UHGV virus genome: UHGV-1269212
Reading direction: 5' to 3' (one strand)
DNA from: a virus
DNA length: 39,691 nt
Below, one piece after another: positions 1-8,431 of this stretch; position 1 is the first letter of the stretch; each line of letters opens with the position of its first letter. The notes beneath the pieces were generated by a model that had not been told where the DNA came from, did no database searches, and worked only from the letters and a program-made list of their open reading frames with translations. The position numbers and the translations under genes were made by a program.

Positions 1-290
1 GACCAGTAGGACCAGCAGGACCAGCAGGAGCAGTAGGACCAGCAGGACCAGCAGGCGAAAAAGGCGATCCAGGAGTAGCAGGACCGAAAGGCGACAAGGG
101 AGAACCGGGCGTACAGGGACCTGCGGGACCAAGTTACACTCTTCCAGCGGCGAACAAAACAACGCTGGGCGGTGTGAAACAGATGGCTTTGATTGCAGAT
201 TTGTCCACAGAAACAACAACTGACCTGAAAAATAAAATCAATGAGATTCTTGCGGAGATGGGAAAACAGGGGATCATGGCGAATCCATAA
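1..290 (+). CDS. Collagen-like (Gly-X-Y) repeat protein, C-terminal part; the 5' part is at the window end (39535..39691). Position between MCP and head–tail connector suggests a capsid decoration or head-fibre protein
   Basis: In-frame [41 protein letters not shown] then a non-repeat C-terminus and stop at 288-290. The frame continues exactly from the last partial codon of the window. Confidence 0.6.
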   Translation, partial: PVGPAGPAGAVGPAGPAGEKGDPGVAGPKGDKGEPGVQGPAGPSYTLPAANKTTLGGVKQMALIADLSTETTTDLKNKINEILAEMGKQGIMANP

Positions 291-301
291 GGAGTATGCT
301 T

Positions 302-583
302 ATGAGAGTGATTGTATTGCAACTATTAAAAGACAGACTTGGAATCTCTACAGATAGTAGGGATTCCGTACTTTATGCGATCATAGATGGTATTCTTGAC
401 GAATGCAAAAATGTACACGGCGTTCGCATCACAGAAGAGAGATATGACCACATCCTGTTTGTGCTGGATTGGGCTACGTGGAAGTACAATCATCCAGAAG
501 ACGGAGTGATTCCGAGGAGCATCCGGTTTCGACTAAACAACCTGATGATTAAGGCGGTGCAAAATGAATCGAACATGGGATGA
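302..583 (+). CDS. Head–tail connector / DNA-packaging gp6-like protein
   Basis: AAGGAG RBS 7 nt upstream of ATG 302; the ATG at 296 is too close to the RBS. Small protein in the HK97-like position after the capsid module; LLKDRLGIS..DS.L..II motif resembles the gp6 connector family. Confidence 0.45.
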   Translation: MRVIVLQLLKDRLGISTDSRDSVLYAIIDGILDECKNVHGVRITEERYDHILFVLDWATWKYNHPEDGVIPRSIRFRLNNLMIKAVQNESNMG

Positions 584-875
584 GAAAGTGATATTGATAT
601 CTTCCAATGGGTATGAAGAGGATGAGATCGGTCAGCAAGTACCGATTGAAACGGAACAGGAGATCTGGTGTTGCAAAGAAAAAGTTCCCCGAAATGAATT
701 CTACCTTGCAGGACAGAACAATATGGAAATTTCAGAAAATTTGATCGTGCATCCTTACGAATATGGAGGACAGAGGTATATCCGATTCCACGGAAAGAAA
801 CTGAAAGTGGTGAAAACGTATCAGATCAGCGCAGAAGAACTGGAATTGACCTGTACGGAAAGGATCGAAAAATGA
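564..875 (+). CDS. Phage head closure / head–tail joining protein
   Basis: 103 aa; start overlaps the upstream gene; size, position and motifs are typical of the head-closure family. Confidence 0.5.
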   Translation: MNRTWDEKVILISSNGYEEDEIGQQVPIETEQEIWCCKEKVPRNEFYLAGQNNMEISENLIVHPYEYGGQRYIRFHGKKLKVVKTYQISAEELELTCTERIEK

Positions 876-1252
876 GCGAAAGCATAAGTGCTGACAAACT
901 CGCAAGAGAAATTATGCGGCAGATGGAAGAATATACAGAGGAAGTAAAGGAAACAACTGCTGATGTCGCGATGAATGTATCGGAGAAAGCTGTGAGAATG
1001 CTCAAAGCAGAAAGTCCAAAAAGTAAAAATGGCGGAACTTATGCGAAAAATTGGACAAGAACAACAGGTAGAAGCGGAATCACGGTATACAATAAAGATC
1101 CGACATATCGACTGACACATTTGCTGGAAAAAGGACATCAATTAAAGCGTGGCGGTAGGAAGATAGGACAAGTACAGGCGTATCCACATATTGAAGAAGT
1201 GGAGCAAAAATGCGTGAAAGAATATGTAGAAGAATTGGGAAGGAGACTGTAA
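872..1252 (+). CDS. HK97 gp10-family head–tail joining protein
   Basis: 126 aa; ATGA overlap with the upstream gene; the central KNGGTYAKNWTRTTGRSGITVYN region resembles the HK97 gp10 family. Confidence 0.55.
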   Translation: MSESISADKLAREIMRQMEEYTEEVKETTADVAMNVSEKAVRMLKAESPKSKNGGTYAKNWTRTTGRSGITVYNKDPTYRLTHLLEKGHQLKRGGRKIGQVQAYPHIEEVEQKCVKEYVEELGRRL

Positions 1253-1253
1253 A

Positions 1254-1571
1254 ATGACGTTGCCAGAATTAAAAGACAAGTTAAAATCACTCAATCTTCC
1301 GATTGCGTATCGTTGTTTTGCAGTCGGTCAAGTACCAGAATTACCGTACATCGTATACTATGTGGACGAGGATATCGGATTTTATGCGGATGACACCGTG
1401 TATTACGAGGGATATGCCGTCACGATCGAGGTATACACAGATCAGAAAGACTTGCAGTTAGAGAAAAAAGTAAAGGAACTATTAAACAGTAATGAACTCC
1501 CGTATGAATCGTACGAGAGTTTTTTAGAATCTGAAAATATGTATTTGAAAGCATATGAAATTGAAATATAG
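1254..1571 (+). CDS. Hypothetical tail-completion / head–tail joining component
   Basis: 105-aa acidic protein between the gp10-like gene and the major tail protein; call rests on synteny only. Confidence 0.35.
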   Translation: MTLPELKDKLKSLNLPIAYRCFAVGQVPELPYIVYYVDEDIGFYADDTVYYEGYAVTIEVYTDQKDLQLEKKVKELLNSNELPYESYESFLESENMYLKAYEIEI

Positions 1572-1583
1572 GAGGTAAAGAAC

Positions 1584-2153
1584 ATGGCAGAAAAAGAAAA
1601 CAAAGTGGAATTTGGCTTAAGAAACTGTTATTACGCCGTTATTACAGTAGATGAGGGCGGAAAAATCACATACGGATCGCCCAAGAGATTACCGGGGGCG
1701 GTAAGTATCACATTCGACAAAAGCGGCGATCTGATCCGGTTTAAAGCGGATGACATTGATTATTACACCAACGCAAATAATCAGGGATACGAGGGTACAC
1801 TTACGCTTGCAAGAGTACCGGAAGAATTCCGGACAGAAGTGTTAAAAGAGGAGAAAACAGAAAAAGGTGTGATTCTCGAAAACTCTGACGCACAGGTAGC
1901 GAATATCGCACTGATGTTTGAATTTCAGGGAGATGCCAAGGCAACTAGACACCTCTTTTATTACTGCTCTGTAAACAGACCATCTGTCGGAAGTACAACA
2001 AAAGACAGTGGAGAACCGAACACAACAGAACTTTCGCTTGTGGCAAGTCCGAGACCGACAGACAACTTAGTTAAAGCATCCACAGCAGCAGGAGTTGACG
2101 AAACAACATATAACTCTTGGTATACAACAGTATATGAAAAATCGGGGGAATAG
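1584..2153 (+). CDS. Major tail protein
   Basis: GGAGG RBS; 189 aa; sits immediately upstream of the chaperone/tape-measure pair; followed by a strong hairpin. Confidence 0.6.
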   Translation: MAEKENKVEFGLRNCYYAVITVDEGGKITYGSPKRLPGAVSITFDKSGDLIRFKADDIDYYTNANNQGYEGTLTLARVPEEFRTEVLKEEKTEKGVILENSDAQVANIALMFEFQGDAKATRHLFYYCSVNRPSVGSTTKDSGEPNTTELSLVASPRPTDNLVKASTAAGVDETTYNSWYTTVYEKSGE

Positions 2154-2155
2154 CA

Positions 2156-2188
2156 CCCCCTGAAGACCTCGCCTTGGTAGGCAGGGGG
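2156..2188 (+). terminator. Post-major-tail hairpin: CCCCCTG-19 nt loop-CAGGGGG. It is part of a conserved roughly 75-nt element that also follows the capsid gene
   Basis: 7-bp GC stem starting 3 nt after the TAG stop; the downstream block AAGGCAAAAGTAGGTAAA is conserved with 39481-39517. Confidence 0.5.
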
Positions 2189-2254
2189 AAGATTGGAAAG
2201 GCAAAAGTAGGTAAAGCGAAATAAAGGGCGGAGTGATCTGCCCAAATAGAAAAA

Positions 2255-2629
2255 GTGGAGGATGTTATGGAAAAAACAATTTACATTGACGAAAAACAAG
2301 TGAAATTAAAATCAACAGCAGCGTTGCCGAAGAGATATAAAGCGCAGTTTGGAAGAGATTATTTTGCAGACCTGATGAAAGTAGCGAAAGTGTTTGGAAA
2401 AGGAACGAAAAGGAATTTTGGAATACAGGATATTTCTTTTGCTTCTCTTGACCACATGGACATGGAAGTATTTTACGACATCATCTGGACAATGGCTAAA
2501 ACAGCAGATAGGACGATTCCTGATCCATTGGAGTGGCTGGATGGGTTCGAAGTATTCCCGCTCAATGAAATCATGGGAGAAGTAAAGGATCTGCTTACAG
2601 ACACCATGCCAACAAGTAAAAAAAAATAA
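2255..2629 (+). CDS. Tail assembly chaperone (gpG-like)
   Basis: 124 aa between the major tail protein and the tape measure; ends ...PTSKKK* inside an A9 run. Confidence 0.6.
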   Translation: MEDVMEKTIYIDEKQVKLKSTAALPKRYKAQFGRDYFADLMKVAKVFGKGTKRNFGIQDISFASLDHMDMEVFYDIIWTMAKTADRTIPDPLEWLDGFEVFPLNEIMGEVKDLLTDTMPTSKKK

Positions 2630-2835
2630 ATGATAAAGATTCATCGAGTGGCGAACCGTTCACAAATGAATCTTTTTTTTATGTTTGCCGACAGGTTGGA
2701 TTAACCAGCGAAGACATGGAAGAAATGACCATTGGGGATTGCTTGGACTATGTACAGGAGTATATCGATAACCAGAAAAAGGATGAAAATCCTACTGCGA
2801 GAAAAGCAACACAGGAAGATTTTGATAATTTTTAA
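2255..2835 (+). CDS. Tail assembly chaperone, programmed -1 frameshift product (gpGT-like)
   Basis: A9 slippery run at 2618-2626. The -1 frame is open from 2620 to the TAA at 2833-2835 and encodes ...INDKDSSSGEPFTNESFF...TSEDMEEMTIGDCLDYVQEYIDNQKKDE.... The downstream ORF has no start codon of its own. Confidence 0.5.
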
Positions 2836-2847
2836 AGAGGTGAGAGA

Positions 2848-5800
2848 GTGGCGAATAAGAAAATAAAAGGAATCACAATTAAATTCGGTGCGGATACAAT
2901 GGCGCTCAGCAAAGCTTTGAAATCCGCGGAAGATACATCAAAAAGTCTTGGTAGCGAATTAAGCTCTGTAAATAAATTATTAAAATTTGACCCGAAGAAT
3001 ACGCAGTTGCTTGCACAGAAACAGGAGTTATTAAGTAAACAGGTCGAAAATACCAAGGAAAAGCTGGAAGCCTTAAAGCAGGCACAGGGAGAAGTAGAAA
3101 AGAAGTTCAAATCTGGTGACATCGGAGCGGAAGAATACCGAGAATTTCAGAGGGAAATTGCGAAGACGGAACAGGATTTAAAATCTTACACCACGCAGAT
3201 TAGTCGAATGGAGACTGAGCAGAAATCCCTAAAAGAAAGCACGAAGCAGTTGCAGACGCTGTTTGAAGCAACCGGAAAGTCCCTAGATGATTTTCAGGAC
3301 GTGCTCGGCACAAGGCTGACAAATGCTATAAAAAATGGAACTGCAAACAGTGACGATCTGACAGTAGCGCTTAACAAGATAGGAAAAGAAGCGTTTGGGG
3401 CAGAAACTGACCTGTCAAAGATGAAAGCTACATTGAATAAGGTAGATGACGGGGCGAGTATTGATGAAGTGAACAACGACCTGAACGAGATGAAGAAGAA
3501 TTCAGGTGAGGCAGGAGAAGCACTGGACGGTATCGGAAAAGGAATTGTTGCAGGAAACATGATGCAAGCCGCTGAAATCATAGCAGATGCAGGGCAGAAG
3601 ATAAAAGAGTTTAGTGACAACGCAAAAGAAGCATTTAATGAGGTAGATGCCGGATCTGATGCAATCATAACAGCGACAGGTGCTACAGGGAAGCTTGCTG
3701 AAGGAATGGATAATGTCTATAAAAGCATTGCGTCCAGCCTTCCGATAGACAACCTTGAAAACATCGGAAAAGTAATTGGGGAGATGAATACGCAGTTCGG
3801 GTTCACCGATGAAAAATTACAACATGCATCTGAAAAAATGTTGAAGTTTTCGGAAATTACTGGATCCGATGTGGTAGCATCAACGCAAAATGCAAAACAG
3901 GCGATTAGCGTATTCCACATGTCGAGTGATGATCTAGACAGCGTACTTGATGATGTTGCAAAAACAGCGCAAGACACGGGCGTATCTGTAGACGATCTAT
4001 TTCAGAAAGCGATTGAAGGAGCGCCACAGCTACAAGAATTGGGATTGAGTTTCTCGGACTCAGTAAAGCTGTTGGGGGCATTTGAGCAGGCAGGAGTAGA
4101 CGGGTCTGCCGCATTAAGCAGCTTATCAAAGGCAGCGGTAAATTATGCAAAAGACGGGAAATCACTCACTGACGGTTTGGCAGAAACGCAGGATAAAATT
4201 TTGAATGCGACTGACCAGACGGAAGCATTAAACGCCGCCGCCGAGGTATTCGGAACAAAAGGTGCTGTGAGGATGGTAGATGCCATCCAAAGAGGGGTTC
4301 TAAACCTGAACGACCTAGGAGGCGCTGCCTCAGACAGTCAGGGGACTGTGGAAACGACTTTCAGCAATACTTTAGACCCGATTGACGAAGAAACGGTTGC
4401 GCTAAATAACGTAAAGTTGGCTATGGCTGAGTTCGGGAGTGCCATTTCAGAAGCAGTAGCCCCAATTCTGGAAGCACTTGTTCCTATCATTCAGAAAGTT
4501 GCAAAGTGGTTTAGCAGTCTTTCTGGAACAAGCAAGACTATTATAGTCGTAATCGGTGGGATTGCAATGGTGATTTCGGCTTTACTACCGATTCTTGCGG
4601 TTGTAGCTGGTGGAATAGCAGCGGCTGGAGGTGCAATGGCATTTTTGACAGGAGTGCTATTACCAGTAGCCGGAATTATTGCCGGAATTATTGCAGTGGT
4701 TGCAGCAGTTGTGGCAGTAATAAAAAACTGGGGAGATATCACAGATTGGCTGTCCGAAAAATGGAATGCATTTAAAGATTGGATGTCTGACCTGTGGGAC
4801 GGTATCAGCGAGAGTGCGTCTGAAGCATGGGATGGAATCAAAGAATATTTTTCCAATTTATGGGATTCAATTTCACAAAAGGCGTCGGAAGTATGGGAAA
4901 ATATCACAGGGACTTTAAAGGATACATGGGATGGAATTAAAGAATATTTTTCCAATTTATGGGATTCAATTTCAAAAACAGCGTCTGAAACATGGGAAAG
5001 CATTGTAGGAACGTTAAAAGAAGTATGGGATGGAATTGTTGGTTTCTTTCGGGATACATGGGAAACGATATGCGACGTTATGGAGGGTCCGCTGAAATTT
5101 ATCGAGGGAACAATAGGTGCGATAATGTACGCAATTTATGCTGTGATATATACGGTTTGGGAAGTTATAAAATTTGCATTAAAAAGCGCATGGGATTGGA
5201 TAAGCGATACGGCAAGTGCAATTTTTACATCGATAAGCGAATTCTTTTCGGAAACGTGGGAGAAAATTTCCAAGGCAACATCAGAAGCGTGGGAAACAGT
5301 AAAACAAACAATAAGTGATGTGTGGAACTGGATAAAAGACACTGCAAATGCAATTTTCTCTCCTGTTGCCGAATTTTTCGTAAATCTGTGGAATGGAGTT
5401 AAAAATACAGTAATAGTTGTGTGGAGCACAATAAAGCAAGCGCTTAGTGACACATGGAACTGGATTAAAGATACAGCAACTTCGATCTTCGTTCCTGTAG
5501 CAGAATTTTTTACAAATACATGGAATGGAATCAAGGATACTGCAACCGGAATCTGGAACAGCATTAAGGGCACGCTCGGTGGAATATGGGATTCGATCAA
5601 AGAGAAAGCTATGGACGCTTTTTCTTCTGTTTGGAAGTTTATTAAAGACGGATTTAACAATCTTAAGGATACTCTTGGAGGAATCGTGAAAGGGATTGCG
5701 AACGCAATTGTGAAACCAATAGGTGGAGCAGTAAATGGCGTAATTAATGGTGTAAACTGGGTGCTTGATAAAGTAGGATCGGACAAGCAATTTGCATTGT

Positions 5801-6969
5801 GGGAAGTCCCGAAGTTTGCAAGAGGAACTGGTGGCATTCCAAAAGACACGCTAGGTATCGTAAACGACCAGAAAGGCTCTACATACAAAGAAATGATCGT
5901 TCCACCACATGGAAAACCATTTATTCCAGAAGGAAGAGATGTAGTTCTGCCACTGGAAAAAGGAACGAAAATCATGCCAGCCAACCAAACAAAGAGTTTT
6001 CTGGAAGAACTTCCGCATTTTGCAAGTGGAATCGGTGAGTTTTTTGGCGGTGTCTGGGATACGGTTAAAGACTTTACAGGAAATGTATGGGATTACATCA
6101 CGCACCCAAGTAAAATTGTGCAAATTGCAATTGATAAATTTACGGATTTAACGGGAGCGTTTGAACCGTGGATATCCGTTGCAAAAGGTGCTGTCAATAC
6201 AGTATTTGATAGCGTTGTTGGTTTTGTAAAAGGGATATTTGATACTCAGTCACATGTAAACTACAATCCAAGTGCAGGGGTAGAACAGTGGAGAGCACTG
6301 GCCACAAGGGCATTACAGATGACTGGGCAGTATTCCGAAGCTAATTTGGAACGCCTGTTGTATCAGATGCAGACAGAATCCGGTGGAAATCCGAATGCGA
6401 TTAACAACTGGGATATCAATGCGATTAATGGGACGCCATCCAAGGGACTTATGCAGGTCATTGACCCGACATTTAGAGCCTATGCAATGCCGGGATACGA
6501 TAAAAATATCTACGATCCACTATCTAATATGCTTGCATCCATTCGATACGCAGTGTCTACGTACGGAAGCCTTGCGGCTGCTTATCGTGGAGTTGGGTAC
6601 GAGGATGGTATTGGAGATATCAATTTGTCCGATCTATTACCGAGTCTGCCGATGTTGGACGTGAAATGGTTTAAAGATGGTGGAATCCTTACGAAGCCAG
6701 CATTATTCCAGATGCCGTCGGGAGGAATCGGTGGTGCTGCGGAAAGAGAAGCAGAAGCAATCACGCCGCTGAGATCGTTAAAAGGCTATATTAAGGAATC
6801 AATCTTGGAGATTATGGGCGAAAAGGATATTAATCTAAATATCAATCTGACAACGACGCTGGACGGAAGAGTTGTCGCACAGCAGACGGTTGGATATGCA
6901 AGACCGATGATAAAAAAGATGGATGATTTCGAGAAACTATTAGGAGGTGAGAGAGTTGGGCTTGCTTAA
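2848..6969 (+). CDS. Tail tape measure protein with a C-terminal lytic transglycosylase (SLT-like) domain
   Basis: 1373 aa; GTG start with AGAGGTGA RBS; N-terminal coiled coil; TM helices at about aa 550-620; 33-aa WDGIKEYFSNLWDSIS tandem repeats; C-terminal E-S...GLMQV...Y motif. Confidence 0.85.
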   Translation: MANKKIKGITIKFGADTMALSKALKSAEDTSKSLGSELSSVNKLLKFDPKNTQLLAQKQELLSKQVENTKEKLEALKQAQGEVEKKFKSGDIGAEEYREFQREIAKTEQDLKSYTTQISRMETEQKSLKESTKQLQTLFEATGKSLDDFQDVLGTRLTNAIKNGTANSDDLTVALNKIGKEAFGAETDLSKMKATLNKVDDGASIDEVNNDLNEMKKNSGEAGEALDGIGKGIVAGNMMQAAEIIADAGQKIKEFSDNAKEAFNEVDAGSDAIITATGATGKLAEGMDNVYKSIASSLPIDNLENIGKVIGEMNTQFGFTDEKLQHASEKMLKFSEITGSDVVASTQNAKQAISVFHMSSDDLDSVLDDVAKTAQDTGVSVDDLFQKAIEGAPQLQELGLSFSDSVKLLGAFEQAGVDGSAALSSLSKAAVNYAKDGKSLTDGLAETQDKILNATDQTEALNAAAEVFGTKGAVRMVDAIQRGVLNLNDLGGAASDSQGTVETTFSNTLDPIDEETVALNNVKLAMAEFGSAISEAVAPILEALVPIIQKVAKWFSSLSGTSKTIIVVIGGIAMVISALLPILAVVAGGIAAAGGAMAFLTGVLLPVAGIIAGIIAVVAAVVAVIKNWGDITDWLSEKWNAFKDWMSDLWDGISESASEAWDGIKEYFSNLWDSISQKASEVWENITGTLKDTWDGIKEYFSNLWDSISKTASETWESIVGTLKEVWDGIVGFFRDTWETICDVMEGPLKFIEGTIGAIMYAIYAVIYTVWEVIKFALKSAWDWISDTASAIFTSISEFFSETWEKISKATSEAWETVKQTISDVWNWIKDTANAIFSPVAEFFVNLWNGVKNTVIVVWSTIKQALSDTWNWIKDTATSIFVPVAEFFTNTWNGIKDTATGIWNSIKGTLGGIWDSIKEKAMDAFSSVWKFIKDGFNNLKDTLGGIVKGIANAIVKPIGGAVNGVINGVNWVLDKVGSDKQFALWEVPKFARGTGGIPKDTLGIVNDQKGSTYKEMIVPPHGKPFIPEGRDVVLPLEKGTKIMPANQTKSFLEELPHFASGIGEFFGGVWDTVKDFTGNVWDYITHPSKIVQIAIDKFTDLTGAFEPWISVAKGAVNTVFDSVVGFVKGIFDTQSHVNYNPSAGVEQWRALATRALQMTGQYSEANLERLLYQMQTESGGNPNAINNWDINAINGTPSKGLMQVIDPTFRAYAMPGYDKNIYDPLSNMLASIRYAVSTYGSLAAAYRGVGYEDGIGDINLSDLLPSLPMLDVKWFKDGGILTKPALFQMPSGGIGGAAEREAEAITPLRSLKGYIKESILEIMGEKDINLNINLTTTLDGRVVAQQTVGYARPMIKKMDDFEKLLGGERVGLA

Positions 6970-8431
6970 AGCAACCTATGGAGGCGTGGATATTCCGGTT
7001 AAGATTACAAGACTTGACCGGAACTTATCACCTTCCATCACAAATAATACAAGGAGCATTGAAAATGTAAATGGAGGAGAGTTTACGCATTCCACGTACT
7101 CTCCAAAACAGATTGTAATGGAGTTTCGTATTTCAAACTCCACGGCAAGGGAACTCAGTGAGTTCCGCAGAAAAATGTCAGAAATTCTGTATAGTAAAGA
7201 ACCAAAGAGACTGATTTTTTCTGACGAACCAAGCATTTACTATGAAGCAATCGTGGATGGGGAACCGGTACTGGGAGAGGATGATATGTACAGCACCGGC
7301 ACGATCACATGGCTAATCCCTGACGGTGTAGCATACTCCACCGCAGAATTCGACTTCTATGGCGTCCAGAATAACGGATACCAGACCATTACCATCCAAA
7401 ACAACGGTACCGAATGGGCAGACGTGGACTACGAGATCACGCACCAACACGAAAACGGATTTATCGGACTTGTGAGCCAGTATGGAGTGATCCAGCTCGG
7501 AAAACAGGAAGAGGCGGACGGAGAGAACTACGAAGCGTCCGAAGAACTGTTTAACGGTTACGGCTTGTTTCAAGATGATCATGGCACCTCTTATCAGAAT
7601 CCGGAAAACACAACGCAAGGAACGTTGGAAGTACGGAATGTTGCCGGATATAACGTGATGGCATTAAAAGGTGGACAAGCAACATCCGGATACTGGAACG
7701 GTGGAATGAAAACACTTACTATCCCGGTTGACAGCGAGGGCAGACGTGGGGCAAAGAACTTTTACTGTTACACGCAGCACTGGTTCGAGACTGGATTGAT
7801 GGGACAGACGGGAGCACAGACTATTGCATTCCTGACTGGGGATAACGAGGTGATCTGCGCCATGTCTATTAACAAAAGTGATACGGCTGGTAATACGGCT
7901 CGTATCGAGTGGTTTGCTCCCGGAAACACCTTAATCAGACGAGAAGAGTTCCAACCGACAGCCTACGAGGGAAATCCGTTTAACCTAAAAATGGGTGGCG
8001 GTCACAATGACTTTTTGAAAGAGGGAGAAAAGCTGCGGATTTTCTGGTATGGCACTTACAGGGATCTCACGATCCCGGAAATTAAGGACATGGAATGCGA
8101 AAAAATCCAAATCTGGATCGGACAGTGGGGAGACCGAAATCTATCAAACCAGTACGTCACACACAACTATTTAAAAAGCATCCGATTCCGGAAAGACAAT
8201 GTCGATAAGTATAAGGATGTGCCGAACCGGTATCGTGCCGGAGATGTGGTGTCTATAGATGGAGAGAGTACAAAGGTCTATGTAAACGGGATGCCGGCAA
8301 AAGGAGATGAGATTAATGGATCCAATTATCCAAAAGTTCCACCGGGGACAACGGAAGTCCAGTTCTGCTATTCTTCCTTTTCATCTCCACCGCCGCATAT
8401 TAAAGCGAAAATACGGGAGGTTTACTTGTAA
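6956..8431 (+). CDS. Distal tail protein (Dit-like)
   Basis: Directly follows the tape measure. TTG 6956 sits 5 nt after AGGAGGTGA; the GTG at 6947 overlaps the RBS. About 490 aa. Confidence 0.5.
   Translation: MGLLKATYGGVDIPVKITRLDRNLSPSITNNTRSIENVNGGEFTHSTYSPKQIVMEFRISNSTARELSEFRRKMSEILYSKEPKRLIFSDEPSIYYEAIVDGEPVLGEDDMYSTGTITWLIPDGVAYSTAEFDFYGVQNNGYQTITIQNNGTEWADVDYEITHQHENGFIGLVSQYGVIQLGKQEEADGENYEASEELFNGYGLFQDDHGTSYQNPENTTQGTLEVRNVAGYNVMALKGGQATSGYWNGGMKTLTIPVDSEGRRGAKNFYCYTQHWFETGLMGQTGAQTIAFLTGDNEVICAMSINKSDTAGNTARIEWFAPGNTLIRREEFQPTAYEGNPFNLKMGGGHNDFLKEGEKLRIFWYGTYRDLTIPEIKDMECEKIQIWIGQWGDRNLSNQYVTHNYLKSIRFRKDNVDKYKDVPNRYRAGDVVSIDGESTKVYVNGMPAKGDEINGSNYPKVPPGTTEVQFCYSSFSSPPPHIKAKIREVYL

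Noticed and set aside
1-130. GGACCAGCAGGACCAGTAGGACCAGCA tandem nucleotide repeats at both window ends and at about 9850-9910, which superficially look like a microsatellite or CRISPR-like array
   Set aside because: They are in-frame Gly-X-Y (GPAGPAGPVGP) collagen-like coding repeats inside long ORFs. There are no spacer/repeat alternation and no cas genes.
4491-5984. Long minus-strand ORFs (4491..5003, 5136..5984, 5281..5790, also 11257..11850 and 11866..12357) inside the tape-measure and fibre genes
   Set aside because: Shadow ORFs generated by repetitive, low-stop-content coding sequence on the opposite strand. They have no RBS and compositionally odd Ser/Thr/Cys-rich products.
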